Below, in pieces: positions 1-8,445 of a stretch of DNA of 60,449 nt; position 1 is the first letter of the stretch, and every line of letters begins with the position of its first letter. A model generated the notes under the pieces. The model was not told the origin of the DNA, searched no databases, and saw nothing but the letters and a program-made list of their open reading frames with translations. The translations under genes were made by a program, and so were the position numbers. The stretch covers positions 1 through 60,449 of the forward strand of contig RHAI01000003.1 in the NCBI GenBank assembly GCA_010028705.1, read 5' to 3'. This DNA is from a bacterium. Its GTDB lineage: Bacteria; Margulisbacteria; Marinamargulisbacteria; SXXA01.

Positions 1-311
1 TTACTTGAATGGGCTGGCGTTCCGATGTCCTCGATGTTACGCGGTGGAGTGGGCAATTTTGAGGGCATTTTATGGGGGGGGGATGTCTTGGCGGGTGACA
101 TCGACGATTTTTTAGGTACTGTTGAATCATCCGCTGCGTCCGCCTTGGGTGCCGGGGCCGGTTGGCTCTCAGATGGTGTCAACGAGGCCAATGTTACAAC
201 GTCTACGACGGGAAGTCCGCGCATTTCCTCGACGCGTGGGGCGGTGCCGATAACTAACAACACTACTAACAGCGTCTCAAGAACAACGGCCACAGCCAGG
301 GATCGGATCAC
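1..311 (-). CDS. TonB/TolA-family energy transducer, N-terminal part (gene runs off window edge)
   Basis: Not in the ORF track because there is no stop in the window. Hand translation of the minus strand from GTG at 311 (GTGA overlap with the upstream stop at 308-310) gives MIRSLAVAVVLETLLVVLLVIGTAP. That is one TM helix followed by a Pro-rich linker (SQPAPAPKADAADD..SPAKTSPPHKMPSKLPTPPR). It sits directly after an ExbB/ExbD pair. Confidence 0.5.
   Translation of the reverse strand, partial: MIRSLAVAVVLETLLVVLLVIGTAPRVEEMRGLPVVDVVTLASLTPSESQPAPAPKADAADDSTVPKKSSMSPAKTSPPHKMPSKLPTPPRNIEDIGTPAHSS
74..82. repeat. homopolymeric G9 (C9 on coding strand) tract inside the TonB-like Pro-rich linker
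   Basis: Counted directly: g at positions 74-82. On the minus strand it reads tCC CCC CCC Cat (S-P-P-H). Confidence 0.95.
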
Positions 312-718
312 TTCTTTGTTGCTCCAAAAGAAAATTTGGTGCATCCGGATTCACGACACCAATCCATCACTTTTAAGAGTGACTCGGTGCGAGTTTTTTT
401 ATCGGTTCGCAAATCAACGACAACGTTTGGGTCGGATTTCATACCCGATATGACGGCATCACGGATGCCCTTTTCGGTGGCGGGTTGTGCGTCAAGGTAC
501 ACGGTTCCATCGGGCGCCACATCGATCTGAAGCACCTGAGGAGGGAGTGCCGATGCGGTGGTGCTTTCGGGCTGATTTAATTGGATCCCAGCTTTAGAGA
601 ATGTCGTGGTCGCGATCAAAAAGATGAGCAACACGATCATGATGTCGATAAAATTGGTGACATCCCATAGATGCTTTATTCGGGGGGTCTGAACGATGTG
701 TAAATCATCCTCGAACAT
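308..718 (-). CDS. ExbD/TolR-family biopolymer transport protein
   Basis: 136 aa with a single N-terminal TM (NFIDIMIVLLIFLIATTTF) and a periplasmic domain of typical ExbD/TolR size and layout. It lies 4 nt downstream of the ExbB/TolQ gene. Confidence 0.85.
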   Translation of the reverse strand: MFEDDLHIVQTPRIKHLWDVTNFIDIMIVLLIFLIATTTFSKAGIQLNQPESTTASALPPQVLQIDVAPDGTVYLDAQPATEKGIRDAVISGMKSDPNVVVDLRTDKKTRTESLLKVMDWCRESGCTKFSFGATKK

Positions 719-722
719 TCGA

Positions 723-1343
723 CTACTGATCCTTCCGTACAGCGGATAGATGGTGCAACGTGACCGTGGCTCGTTTCAATCCCAGCATTAAACGGTCGGA
801 CATCGAGACCAATCCATTGTAAAAAAACATCACTGGAATGGCACCGGCTAGTCCGGTTTCCGTTGAAATTAGTGCTTCTGAAATACCCCGCGCCATCACT
901 CCAGGGTCAGCCATGCCAACGGCACCCAATCCACTAAATATGTGCACCATTCCCATCACGGATCCGAGAAGCCCCAACATCGGAAAAATGGCGCCTAATA
1001 CCTGTATTGTCGGTAGAAATTTTTGTAAATGCTGAGCTTCCTCATAAAATGCGACCTTCAAGGCATTATCGAGTAATTCAGGATTCCCATCGATATTCGA
1101 TATTCCAGTCCTTAATACCGTTGGTATTGGGCCCGCGTGGGCCTCTAATTTTCGGCGCGCTTCGGCTAAATCGCCGCGAGAGATAGCATCCGATACGGGA
1201 TCGATTAAGGCGATATGCCGGGTGTAGGAAATTAGTCTAAAAAAACGTTCGACGATCATCGTTAACGCCACCAGTATGCCCGTCAATAGTGGGATCATCA
1301 TGAGCCCGCCTTGGTGGATAAAGTGAATCAGGGTCTGCAACAT
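723..1343 (-). CDS. MotA/TolQ/ExbB proton-channel protein
   Basis: The ORF track extends to 1451. I start at the internal ATG at 1343 (MLQTLIHFIHQGGLMMIPLL) because AAGGAG lies 7 nt upstream and the 36-aa extension is non-membrane junk. The C-terminal TM pair has the conserved SEALISTETGLAGAIP motif. Confidence 0.85.
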   Translation of the reverse strand: MLQTLIHFIHQGGLMMIPLLTGILVALTMIVERFFRLISYTRHIALIDPVSDAISRGDLAEARRKLEAHAGPIPTVLRTGISNIDGNPELLDNALKVAFYEEAQHLQKFLPTIQVLGAIFPMLGLLGSVMGMVHIFSGLGAVGMADPGVMARGISEALISTETGLAGAIPVMFFYNGLVSMSDRLMLGLKRATVTLHHLSAVRKDQ

Positions 1344-1395
1344 AATTTTCTCCTTAATTGAGTGATGGGTAAGTGACGCGTGGTTGCGGGGCTCT

Positions 1396-2373
1396 TCAGG
1401 GCGTCGTCGCAAGCATTCCTTTAAAATTGCTGGTGCCCATTGTAATGGCACTTACCAATCCCATCAACGCTGGTGGAATGACTAAAATCAGGTGGGTGAT
1501 CATCCCGAGCGCCAATGAATGTTCGGGTGAATACCCCAGGGCGTACATCGCTGTTATCACTAAAAATTCGTGACTCCCAATCCCGGCCGGTGTTGACAAT
1601 ATAATGCCCCCAAAACTGACAACGCCCATCACCATAATGGCCGTCGAAAATGACATCGGAATGGCCACGGCGGCCGCGACACACCAAAACAGACTGCCTT
1701 CAAGTAGCCAGTTGCAGATGGATAGCCCCACCGTTTCCAAGCTGGAGCGAGGGGTTGTCGCCATGCGCAATTGATGGCGTCCATTCACGAGTAACTTGCT
1801 ACGTGATTCCTGCCCCAATCGACGCAGCAGACGGGTGAACATGCCGGCCACCCATTCGATGCGAGCTACTGCAATTGCGAGAATTGCAAGCCCGACAAAT
1901 AATGCGCTTCCGCTCAGTACGATGCCCGAAAGAAGTGCTCCCACAGTCGGGCCAACCATCCAGGTGACCATCACTAAACTGGCGAGACCGATTCCGTCGG
2001 AGATTCGGTCAATGAGTATTGCGACCAGGCTAGTAATCCATGGCACTCCGGCGAGTCGATTAAGTGCCCCAGCTTTCACGATCTCCCCTAGTTTTCCGGG
2101 TAAAAAATTATTGACTAAATACCCTAGACTTAATGGTTTTAACGTCGTTGCCAGCGACAGATTGGGCGTGGTCGAGCTGACGACTCGGTGCCATCGAATT
2201 GCTCGGGCAGCGAGCGAAAACCCAAACCCTAAGGTTCCTAAAGCCAACCATGTAAGGTCGGCGTGATGAATAATAATGAGACATTCGCTTAGTTTCACCT
2301 GAGCGATGATCCACACGATACATAGGAGTGCGATACCTGCCGCGATGACGGTCTGAATTGCGCGTTTGATCAT
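1396..2373 (-). CDS. polytopic membrane protein, lysyl-phosphatidylglycerol-synthase TM-region / flippase-like (UPF0104) family
   Basis: 325 aa, about 8 TM segments. The motif LGYLVNNFLPGKLGEIVKA is typical of this family. ATGA overlap with the upstream gene at 2370-2373. Confidence 0.55.
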   Translation of the reverse strand: MIKRAIQTVIAAGIALLCIVWIIAQVKLSECLIIIHHADLTWLALGTLGFGFSLAARAIRWHRVVSSTTPNLSLATTLKPLSLGYLVNNFLPGKLGEIVKAGALNRLAGVPWITSLVAILIDRISDGIGLASLVMVTWMVGPTVGALLSGIVLSGSALFVGLAILAIAVARIEWVAGMFTRLLRRLGQESRSKLLVNGRHQLRMATTPRSSLETVGLSICNWLLEGSLFWCVAAAVAIPMSFSTAIMVMGVVSFGGIILSTPAGIGSHEFLVITAMYALGYSPEHSLALGMITHLILVIPPALMGLVSAITMGTSNFKGMLATTP

Positions 2374-2786
2374 TTGTGCGAATGGCCAATACTAAATTTA
2401 TTCGACTTTCCGATCAGTTGATTTGATGGCAACGAAATCAATGACACGGTCATTGGAGTTTGGGGTGGCGAGCCCTGAAATTCGAGAAAGGCGGTCACAA
2501 TGTGAGGGTGACCCCGTCGAATTGGAGACATGCCCGGCGCAGTCACTCGCATTCCGGAAAATGGTGGGGTGATCACCACCGCATACGTATCATTCGATTG
2601 GGTGGGATTAGGGATGTGTATTAATAAGCGAACAATGGTCGTTCCCGATGTTTCACCTTGGCTGACAGCGCTCACCTGAAGGGGAGCGGTTGGAGTGGGT
2701 CTAAATTGCCACCAGGCTAACGCCGCCACTACAGCAATCGCTACGATCCATTTTATTCGGTTATTTGTGGGAGTATTCTGTGACAT
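2370..2786 (-). CDS. hypothetical single-pass membrane protein
   Basis: The ORF is open to 2819 (TTG). The ATG at 2786 gives MSQNTPTNNRIKWIVAIAVVAALAWW, a TM anchor. No recognisable domain. The start is uncertain. Confidence 0.4.
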   Translation of the reverse strand: MSQNTPTNNRIKWIVAIAVVAALAWWQFRPTPTAPLQVSAVSQGETSGTTIVRLLIHIPNPTQSNDTYAVVITPPFSGMRVTAPGMSPIRRGHPHIVTAFLEFQGSPPQTPMTVSLISLPSNQLIGKSNKFSIGHSHK

Positions 2787-5061
2787 ATCGTAGTGTTCCA
2801 TCCGCAACGGCACGTGCAATTTTTTCTCTAATTTCGGGCTGATTCATTCGTGAAAACTCCAAAGGGTTAGTGATAAATCCGGGCTCAACCAACATCGCTG
2901 GCATTCGCGTGTTACGTAATACATACAACCTCCCGCGTTTAAGTCCATTGTCTCGAAAACCGAGTGCTTTCACCATCGCGTCTTGAATGCAATAGGCCAA
3001 CGGCTTGTCGGTGGGTTTGTAGTAAAATGTTTCGGTTCCACCGGCGTATGGGTGAAAAAACGAATTGATGTGGATGCTTAAGAAAATATCGGCATTGTTA
3101 TTATTGCCGATATCACACCGATCTTGAAGACTGGGGTTTTCGTCGTGTTGGCGACACATAATGACCACGGCGCCGCTTTCTTCCAGCATCCGTTTCAACC
3201 GGTTGGAAATATCGATTGTAAACGCCTTTTCGTAGGTTCCATCGGTGGCGATGGCACCGGGATCGTTTCCCCCGTGACCAGGATCTATAACAATGATTTT
3301 GTGGTGTAATCGCCGCGATAGGGAGGGCCGACTGATCGACGCGGAGCGAAAGCGGGTCGGTATTAAATTCGCGGAATTAGCGGACGGCTCGATGGTTGGC
3401 GTCACTCCCCGATGGGTGACATGCCCTGTGGGGGCTGTCGGTGCAATTGAATTGGATGGACTGGTGGTGATTGCGATGCTCGGAATAGGGTCCATCGTGA
3501 CTTGGAATGCCGACGAACTGATCGTTTTTACGGTGGGGTTTCCGCTGGATAGGCTATCAAACACAATTCGGGTTACCGCCGGGTCAATCGAGAATTGCGA
3601 TGTCCGAATCACCTGGGCGGGCGCATTGATCGCGCTGGTACGAATGGCGATAGGTAAGCCGGAATAGCTGTTATGAATGTCTATTACGACCGCTTTAGAT
3701 GGTGGGGGCATTCGCCATACCCTTGGATTCAAGGTGCCTGTCCCCTTGATGGTCAGGGTCCAACGCCCATCTTTTGTCTCATCGCTAACTCCCTGAACCC
3801 GATTTCCTAGGATGATAATGCCTCCATTTTCGGCGACTTGAACAGGCGAATACCCAACGGAAGCCGGGACTCGAACTTTAAACCGGACCCGAGTATCGCT
3901 GACTTGACGGAGCTCGAGGCGATTAATGCTCGGGTTATCGCTATCAATTACACCTGACGGACACGCGAGTTGGGCATCAAGAATATCCACGGAAAATCCA
4001 CCATCATGATCCTGTGGGATCGGATTTTGGGCGATTACTGGACGGGATGCGTCAATAACTACCTTCATCGCCCTGCCAGATCTGACGACGGCGATTCGTT
4101 CGATCCGGTTGACGAATACGACTCGTTTCGATGCTCCGTCCCATGCGACTCCGTAGCCGAGTGCCGATGCCAATGCTTTAATGGGGAAATATACGACGTC
4201 CTGCCGACTAATGATGGGGCTTCCAACCCCGATTGGCGTCGATCGATTGCCCGATGTTACGAGAATGTCGGTGCTGAAGTATTTCCATAATATGGATGTG
4301 TTACCCCAGTGGAGGCCTACCCCCTCACGGCGTTTTGTCACGGTGATGCCTTCGCGTGCCAAAATGAATTCAACGTCGCCATATAGCTCCCCGTTGGAAT
4401 AAAAATAGCGACCATTAATGGGGTATACTTTGGCCCCAAATGCGATCGCCAACGGATTCGTGGTTGGCTGTATCGGAATGGTTACATCCAATTTAGGTAC
4501 GACTGGAAGTGAACTGACAATTACGGTCGCCGAGCGAGTGGCTTGAGTGGATGCCCTCGGGGTCGTATCCGGTCTATGCTGCGGTGAAATGGCCCGTGTA
4601 GGGGCGTCTGATATCTCATAGCCGGTGCTGGACTTGACTAGCTTGAATCGTATCGCCCGCACAAATTCTTCAAACGGGACGAATAACTGTCCCTCGAAAA
4701 AAAATGTCGGCTGAGAGAAATAGCTTTGGGCGGATCCAACCCATATTTCGGGTGAATTTGGGGCGACGATTATCGCGTCATTATGCGAGGGGATTCGAAT
4801 CTGAAATGCATCGTCTTTGCGTAAGTAAGTCACCTGTGCACCCAACATCATCGTGAGATCCCGCAGTGGCAAACACGCGGTGTTGCGTCGAAGGACGAAA
4901 TTGGGTTTGGGTCGGGCCAGATTTTGATTGATGGTGATCGACAGACCATTGATCGGAATGGGAAGGTTTTGTTGCGCGACTAAGGGAATTGATGGTCCCA
5001 CTGTCACGGCTAATATCATCGATATTACCCATTTTGCCCTCCCAGACGTCTGGAGTATCAT
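2761..5061 (-). CDS. N-acetylmuramoyl-L-alanine amidase (Amidase_3) with long N-terminal stalk/AMIN-like region
   Basis: The C-terminus carries VIDPGHGGNDPG..LSIHINS..GTETFYY..VLR..PAMLVEPGFITN. The N-terminus has a signal-like segment (MILQTSGRAKWVISMILAVTVGP) and three copper-amine-oxidase-N-like repeats (LPLRDL..GAQV; LFVPFEEF; VYFPIKALASALGYGV). Start set at ATG 5061 (ATGA overlap with the upstream stop) rather than the track start at 5310. Confidence 0.9.
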   Translation of the reverse strand: MILQTSGRAKWVISMILAVTVGPSIPLVAQQNLPIPINGLSITINQNLARPKPNFVLRRNTACLPLRDLTMMLGAQVTYLRKDDAFQIRIPSHNDAIIVAPNSPEIWVGSAQSYFSQPTFFFEGQLFVPFEEFVRAIRFKLVKSSTGYEISDAPTRAISPQHRPDTTPRASTQATRSATVIVSSLPVVPKLDVTIPIQPTTNPLAIAFGAKVYPINGRYFYSNGELYGDVEFILAREGITVTKRREGVGLHWGNTSILWKYFSTDILVTSGNRSTPIGVGSPIISRQDVVYFPIKALASALGYGVAWDGASKRVVFVNRIERIAVVRSGRAMKVVIDASRPVIAQNPIPQDHDGGFSVDILDAQLACPSGVIDSDNPSINRLELRQVSDTRVRFKVRVPASVGYSPVQVAENGGIIILGNRVQGVSDETKDGRWTLTIKGTGTLNPRVWRMPPPSKAVVIDIHNSYSGLPIAIRTSAINAPAQVIRTSQFSIDPAVTRIVFDSLSSGNPTVKTISSSAFQVTMDPIPSIAITTSPSNSIAPTAPTGHVTHRGVTPTIEPSANSANLIPTRFRSASISRPSLSRRLHHKIIVIDPGHGGNDPGAIATDGTYEKAFTIDISNRLKRMLEESGAVVIMCRQHDENPSLQDRCDIGNNNNADIFLSIHINSFFHPYAGGTETFYYKPTDKPLAYCIQDAMVKALGFRDNGLKRGRLYVLRNTRMPAMLVEPGFITNPLEFSRMNQPEIREKIARAVADGTLRYVTEYSHK

Positions 5062-5513
5062 GCCGCCGGCGCCGGCCAAAGTCCTGTGAGTATGTACGAG
5101 TGTTCGTGCCGTGTAAACGCTACCGCTGTTAATGGATGTATCGCGATAGGGCTGCTGTTCCACTTCGCCACCCATTCCCATACCTGCTGAATATCGGTGA
5201 CCAAAATTATGTTCTTTTTTAATAATAACGCGGGCTCGACGACATCGGTCCAGTTTCCAGTAATGACCTTTGAACGCACGACGTTTCGCAGACGCAAGAG
5301 CTTGCCACAATAGCGTGCGGAGGCGCTATCGCTAGTAATGACTTGGTCGGCACGAACACCCAGTCGTTTTAATTGGCGAACCGCACTTAATATCTGGACG
5401 CGTTGAGATTTCAAAAGTACAAGAGGACGGCCATCATTCGATACATGAGGAGAGTTCCGTCGAGGTGCAAATTGAGGATCAGGTGCCGCGATAATGATTA
5501 AGTGTGGTGTCAT
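5058..5513 (-). CDS. hypothetical protein, SixA/histidine-phosphatase-fold-like but lacking the RHG motif
   Basis: 151 aa. By-eye colinearity with SixA (DGRPL..; SDSASARYCGKLL versus SP..RA.QT; NIILVTD versus VLVISH). Position 1 reads LIIIAAPDP instead of hhhhRHG. Confidence 0.35.
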   Translation of the reverse strand: MTPHLIIIAAPDPQFAPRRNSPHVSNDGRPLVLLKSQRVQILSAVRQLKRLGVRADQVITSDSASARYCGKLLRLRNVVRSKVITGNWTDVVEPALLLKKNIILVTDIQQVWEWVAKWNSSPIAIHPLTAVAFTRHEHSYILTGLWPAPAA

Positions 5514-5524
5514 GACTTCTGAGA

Positions 5525-5553
5525 ATTATACAAATCAAACAAAGTGGTCTCAA
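5525..5553 (-). promoter_or_regulatory. putative sigma-70 promoter TTGAGA-N17-TATAAT, 11 nt upstream of ATG 5513
   Basis: Read on the minus strand: -35 at 5553-5548, -10 at 5530-5525. No Shine-Dalgarno sequence between the -10 and the ATG. Confidence 0.4.
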
Positions 5554-5568
5554 AATATCACATTGTGG

Positions 5569-5653
5569 TGGTGCGGGAGAAGGGACTTGAACCCCCATGC
5601 CGTTAGGCGCTAGATCCTAAGTCTAGTGCGTCTACCAATTTCGCCACTCCCGC
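5569..5653 (-). tRNA. tRNA-Leu (anticodon UAG), CCA encoded
   Basis: The reverse complement folds as GCGGGAG/CTCCCGC acceptor, anticodon stem CTAGA/TCTAG with loop CTTAGGA, long variable arm, T-arm GGGGG-TTCAAGT-CCCTT, then ACCA. Confidence 0.95.
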
Positions 5654-5693
5654 ATCAAACTTGTTTTCACGTTCGGTAAACAAGGATCGGAAG

Positions 5694-5722
5694 TTTACCA
5701 GGCTGATCCGTCTATGTACAAT
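5694..5722 (+). promoter_or_regulatory. putative sigma-70 promoter TTTACC-N17-TACAAT, 8 nt upstream of hisZ ATG
   Basis: -35 at 5694-5699, -10 at 5717-5722, ATG at 5731. No SD in the gap. Confidence 0.35.
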
Positions 5723-5730
5723 GCCCTGCT

Positions 5731-6576
5731 ATGAAACGATTTACACCCACTGGCGTCGCCGAATGGTTACCGGACGAAGCGATACGACATAACTCGCTCA
5801 CACGGTCAGTATCTGACTCACTGGAGGCGGCTGGGTTTTCCCCGATCCGAACTCCTGTGATCGACTATTTTGATGCGTTGTCAGTTGGACTCGACCCTAA
5901 ATTAGTTAGCCGATCCATTCGCTTTTTCGATTCAAATGGGCATCTGATGATATTGCGTCCGGACCATACAACCCCGATTGCGCGAATGGTGGCAAATCGA
6001 CTGTCGAACAATGACGACCTAAAATTGTATTACGTTGCCCCTGTGTTTCGTACCCCGTCCGATTCTGATCAACAACTCGAGGTGTTTCAAGCGGGCGTGG
6101 AATGGATTGGTCCTCAGTCGGCATCCTCGGATGCTCACCTCATTCATTTATGTCGGTCAATTTTGGGGAAATTGGGGTTCTCTGATGTGGGAATTGATAT
6201 TGGACATCCCTCGTTCAGTTCCGGATTCACCGATGCGGAGCGAACGGCATTAATTCAAAAAGATTACGTGGCATTGGGGTATATACCGCCCCGAGGAGGC
6301 TTGGAAATTGCCGAATCTATCCCCGATTTGTGTCAGCTTCATAATGAGTTGGCTCACTATAATCTCGAGTCTGCTGTGACCTACAACCCAGGTCTAATCA
6401 GTGAGTTTGACTACTATACGGGGCCCCATTTTGAGGTGTATGTTCCCGGAATTCGGCAGATGGTTGCCTCTGGTGGCCGCTATGACCGCCTCATTGCTAA
6501 ATTTGGATATGATGTTCCGGCCGTTGGATTTGCGATTAATATCAGCTTGATTCAGGAAAGGCTGGCACAATGTTAA
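5731..6576 (+). CDS. hisZ: ATP phosphoribosyltransferase regulatory subunit (HisZ, class-II aaRS-like)
   Basis: GVAEWLPDEA..RPDHTTPIARMVA..GGRYDRL..PAVGFAINI. It overlaps and precedes a short-form hisG. Confidence 0.85.
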   Translation: MKRFTPTGVAEWLPDEAIRHNSLTRSVSDSLEAAGFSPIRTPVIDYFDALSVGLDPKLVSRSIRFFDSNGHLMILRPDHTTPIARMVANRLSNNDDLKLYYVAPVFRTPSDSDQQLEVFQAGVEWIGPQSASSDAHLIHLCRSILGKLGFSDVGIDIGHPSFSSGFTDAERTALIQKDYVALGYIPPRGGLEIAESIPDLCQLHNELAHYNLESAVTYNPGLISEFDYYTGPHFEVYVPGIRQMVASGGRYDRLIAKFGYDVPAVGFAINISLIQERLAQC

Positions 6577-7190
6577 CGATTGCGGTTGCGAAGGGATATT
6601 TAATGGCCGAAGCAATGGCCAAATTTCACTCAATTGGCGTCGAATTTCAGGATGATCTGCGGGAATCTCGCAAATTGTTCACTTACGATTCGACTGGGTT
6701 AATACGCCTACTACAGGTGCGTCCATGGGATGTTCCGGTGTATGTGGCACAAGGTGCCGCCGACTTAGGAATTTCTGGATTTGATGTTCTTGAAGAGAAA
6801 AAAGACGACGTTATCCGGCTAATAAACTTAGATTTCGGCGCTTGCCGGTTGGTGATTGCGGGGGCTAATGACCGTCCCTTTGATTCCTTGTTTCATGATA
6901 TTCGTGTGGCCACTAAGTACCCCAATGCGACCGAGGCGTATTTTCAGCGTCTGGGTGTCAAAGCCCGTATTATCAAGTTGTACGGGGCTATCGAATTAGC
7001 CCCAGTGACGGGTCTGTCGGACGTCATAGTTGATTTGACGGCCACCGGAAAAACACTGGAAGAGAACCACTTGTCGATTATTGATACGATTTTTTTCTCG
7101 ACGGCTCAGTTAATTACTAATTCGTCGTCTTTTTGTCTCAAAGATCGGGCAATTCGGAATTTAACCCAAAAATTAAATGCCCTGCCATGA
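6570..7190 (+). CDS. hisG: ATP phosphoribosyltransferase, short form
   Basis: 206 aa. LTIAVAKGYL..RPWDVPVYV..GAADLGISG..CRLVIAG..VATKYPN..GLSDVIVDLTATGKTLEEN. Confidence 0.9.
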   Translation: MLTIAVAKGYLMAEAMAKFHSIGVEFQDDLRESRKLFTYDSTGLIRLLQVRPWDVPVYVAQGAADLGISGFDVLEEKKDDVIRLINLDFGACRLVIAGANDRPFDSLFHDIRVATKYPNATEAYFQRLGVKARIIKLYGAIELAPVTGLSDVIVDLTATGKTLEENHLSIIDTIFFSTAQLITNSSSFCLKDRAIRNLTQKLNALP

Positions 7191-7705
7191 TTTATTTTAG
7201 TCAGCGACGATTACTGCGGTCCCTTCTTACTCCAAATTTAGTATGTCGCTCACTCTTTGACATCCCACTCGAAAGTCTCAGTCACTCTGGATACAACGCC
7301 ATTTGGTTGGATGTTGATAATACATTGTTGGGCGCCGAGGATCGTGATGTAAGCCTTAATACTCAGAACTGGGTACTGGCCGCCAAATCGTTGGGATATT
7401 CGGTGGTTATTTTATCCAATAACCGTCGCCACTATCGGATTGAGCGAATTTGCAATCAAGTCGATGTGGATGGGGTATTTCGTGCGATGAAGCCGTTTCC
7501 CCATTCCATTAGAAAAGTCGCTCGGCAGCGCCAAATTAGTCTCAGGCGGAGTATTGTCGTGGGCGACCAACTGCTGACCGACGTGATTGTGGGTAATTGG
7601 GTGCGTGCGTATAGTGTGCTTGTCGATCCGATGGATAAAAAATTGTCGTTATTTAAAACCGTTCAGCGTGAAATTGAACTATTTTTTTTGGCGCGCCTTC
7701 AATGA
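7187..7705 (+). CDS. YqeG-family HAD-IIIA phosphatase
   Basis: WLDVDNTLL (DxDxT)..VVILSNN..MKPFP..VVGDQLLTD. Start moved to ATG 7187 (ATGA overlap with the hisG stop). Confidence 0.75.
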   Translation: MIYFSQRRLLRSLLTPNLVCRSLFDIPLESLSHSGYNAIWLDVDNTLLGAEDRDVSLNTQNWVLAAKSLGYSVVILSNNRRHYRIERICNQVDVDGVFRAMKPFPHSIRKVARQRQISLRRSIVVGDQLLTDVIVGNWVRAYSVLVDPMDKKLSLFKTVQREIELFFLARLQ

Positions 7706-7736
7706 TTCTTGGAATTCCAATGAGCCCGGCCATGTC

Positions 7737-8300
7737 ATGATCAGAGCGGCGCGCCCCGTATGGCGCATCATGCTCACACTCGTATTGGCTATCCAACTGG
7801 CACCCATTGTTGCCGTCGACCATATCGAGTCGTTCGCCTTATATGACCATCGTAATGTACTTCAAAAAATCGATTTTCCCACGTCGCGGAATACCGTTGT
7901 GATCGTTTCTGATCGGGAAGCGGCCACGCAGGCACAGGCCTGGGGGAATACCTTATTTAACTCGTTGGGCGCTCAGACTAATTTTGTTGCGGTGGCTGAA
8001 CTGGGAGGCGTTCCCGAAATGTTTGCGCCAATGGTTCGAATGGCGATCAAATCAAAACGTCCCCGACTTCTTGACTGGGGCAATAAATACGGGCGACGCT
8101 GGGGATTTGTCGACGGTAAACCGTTGGTGATGCTCATTGGTCCGGATGGGAGTGTCCTCGCCAAATGTGTCGGAGAAATCGCAGAGTCTAAGTTGATTCT
8201 ATTCGGTGTGACTCGCAACCTGACGACTAAAGTACCCAGTCCGAATATGGCTGCCACTGCGAATACCTTGGCACCGACGAGTAGCTCGTTACCTAATTAA
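7737..8300 (+). CDS. hypothetical exported protein (thioredoxin-fold-like, no CxxC)
   Basis: Start moved to ATG 7737, giving a signal-like N-terminus MIRAARPVWRIMLTLVLAIQLAPIVA. PLVMLIGPDGSVL resembles the TlpA/YtfJ-like fold. No redox cysteines. Confidence 0.4.
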   Translation: MIRAARPVWRIMLTLVLAIQLAPIVAVDHIESFALYDHRNVLQKIDFPTSRNTVVIVSDREAATQAQAWGNTLFNSLGAQTNFVAVAELGGVPEMFAPMVRMAIKSKRPRLLDWGNKYGRRWGFVDGKPLVMLIGPDGSVLAKCVGEIAESKLILFGVTRNLTTKVPSPNMAATANTLAPTSSSLPN

Positions 8301-8445
8301 GCCCAGCTGACGCCGGCCCCCTGGGTGCGCCGCAACGCCTCCGGTATTTCGCGCCAAATACCGCCAGTGTTCGCGATTCCACGGACTCAATTTTAACGAT
8401 GTGTTTGTGATTATCCCTGCACATCGGGGCTGATCTGAATTGAGT

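Noticed and set aside
25-453. 142-aa plus-strand ORF at the left edge
   Set aside because: It is antisense to the ExbD/TolR gene and to the TonB-like gene (which the ORF track omits only because its stop lies outside the window). Its composition is low-complexity (T/S/G/A-rich), with no start context. This mirror-frame ORF is typical of the strand opposite a Pro/Ala-rich gene.
1796-2266. 156-aa antisense ORF. Similar long shadow ORFs occur at 3293-3667, 10061-10441, 17342-17683, 23364-23795, 29161-29562, 34364-34801, 36752-37153, 47644-48042, 49211-49834 and 52701-53276.
   Set aside because: Each lies entirely inside, or out of frame with, a confidently assigned gene that has family motifs. 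The translations are Arg/Ser/Pro-rich with no motifs. I treat them as non-coding shadow frames.
5062-5310. 83-codon upstream extension of the amidase ORF
   Set aside because: The extension overlaps the SixA-like gene in another frame and encodes no signal peptide. ATG 5061 gives a proper signal-like N-terminus and an ATGA junction.
7798-7813. Sigma-54-like TGGCAC..TTGC element
   Set aside because: The GG-to-GC spacing is one nucleotide too long, and the element lies inside the coding region of the exported protein at 7737-8300.
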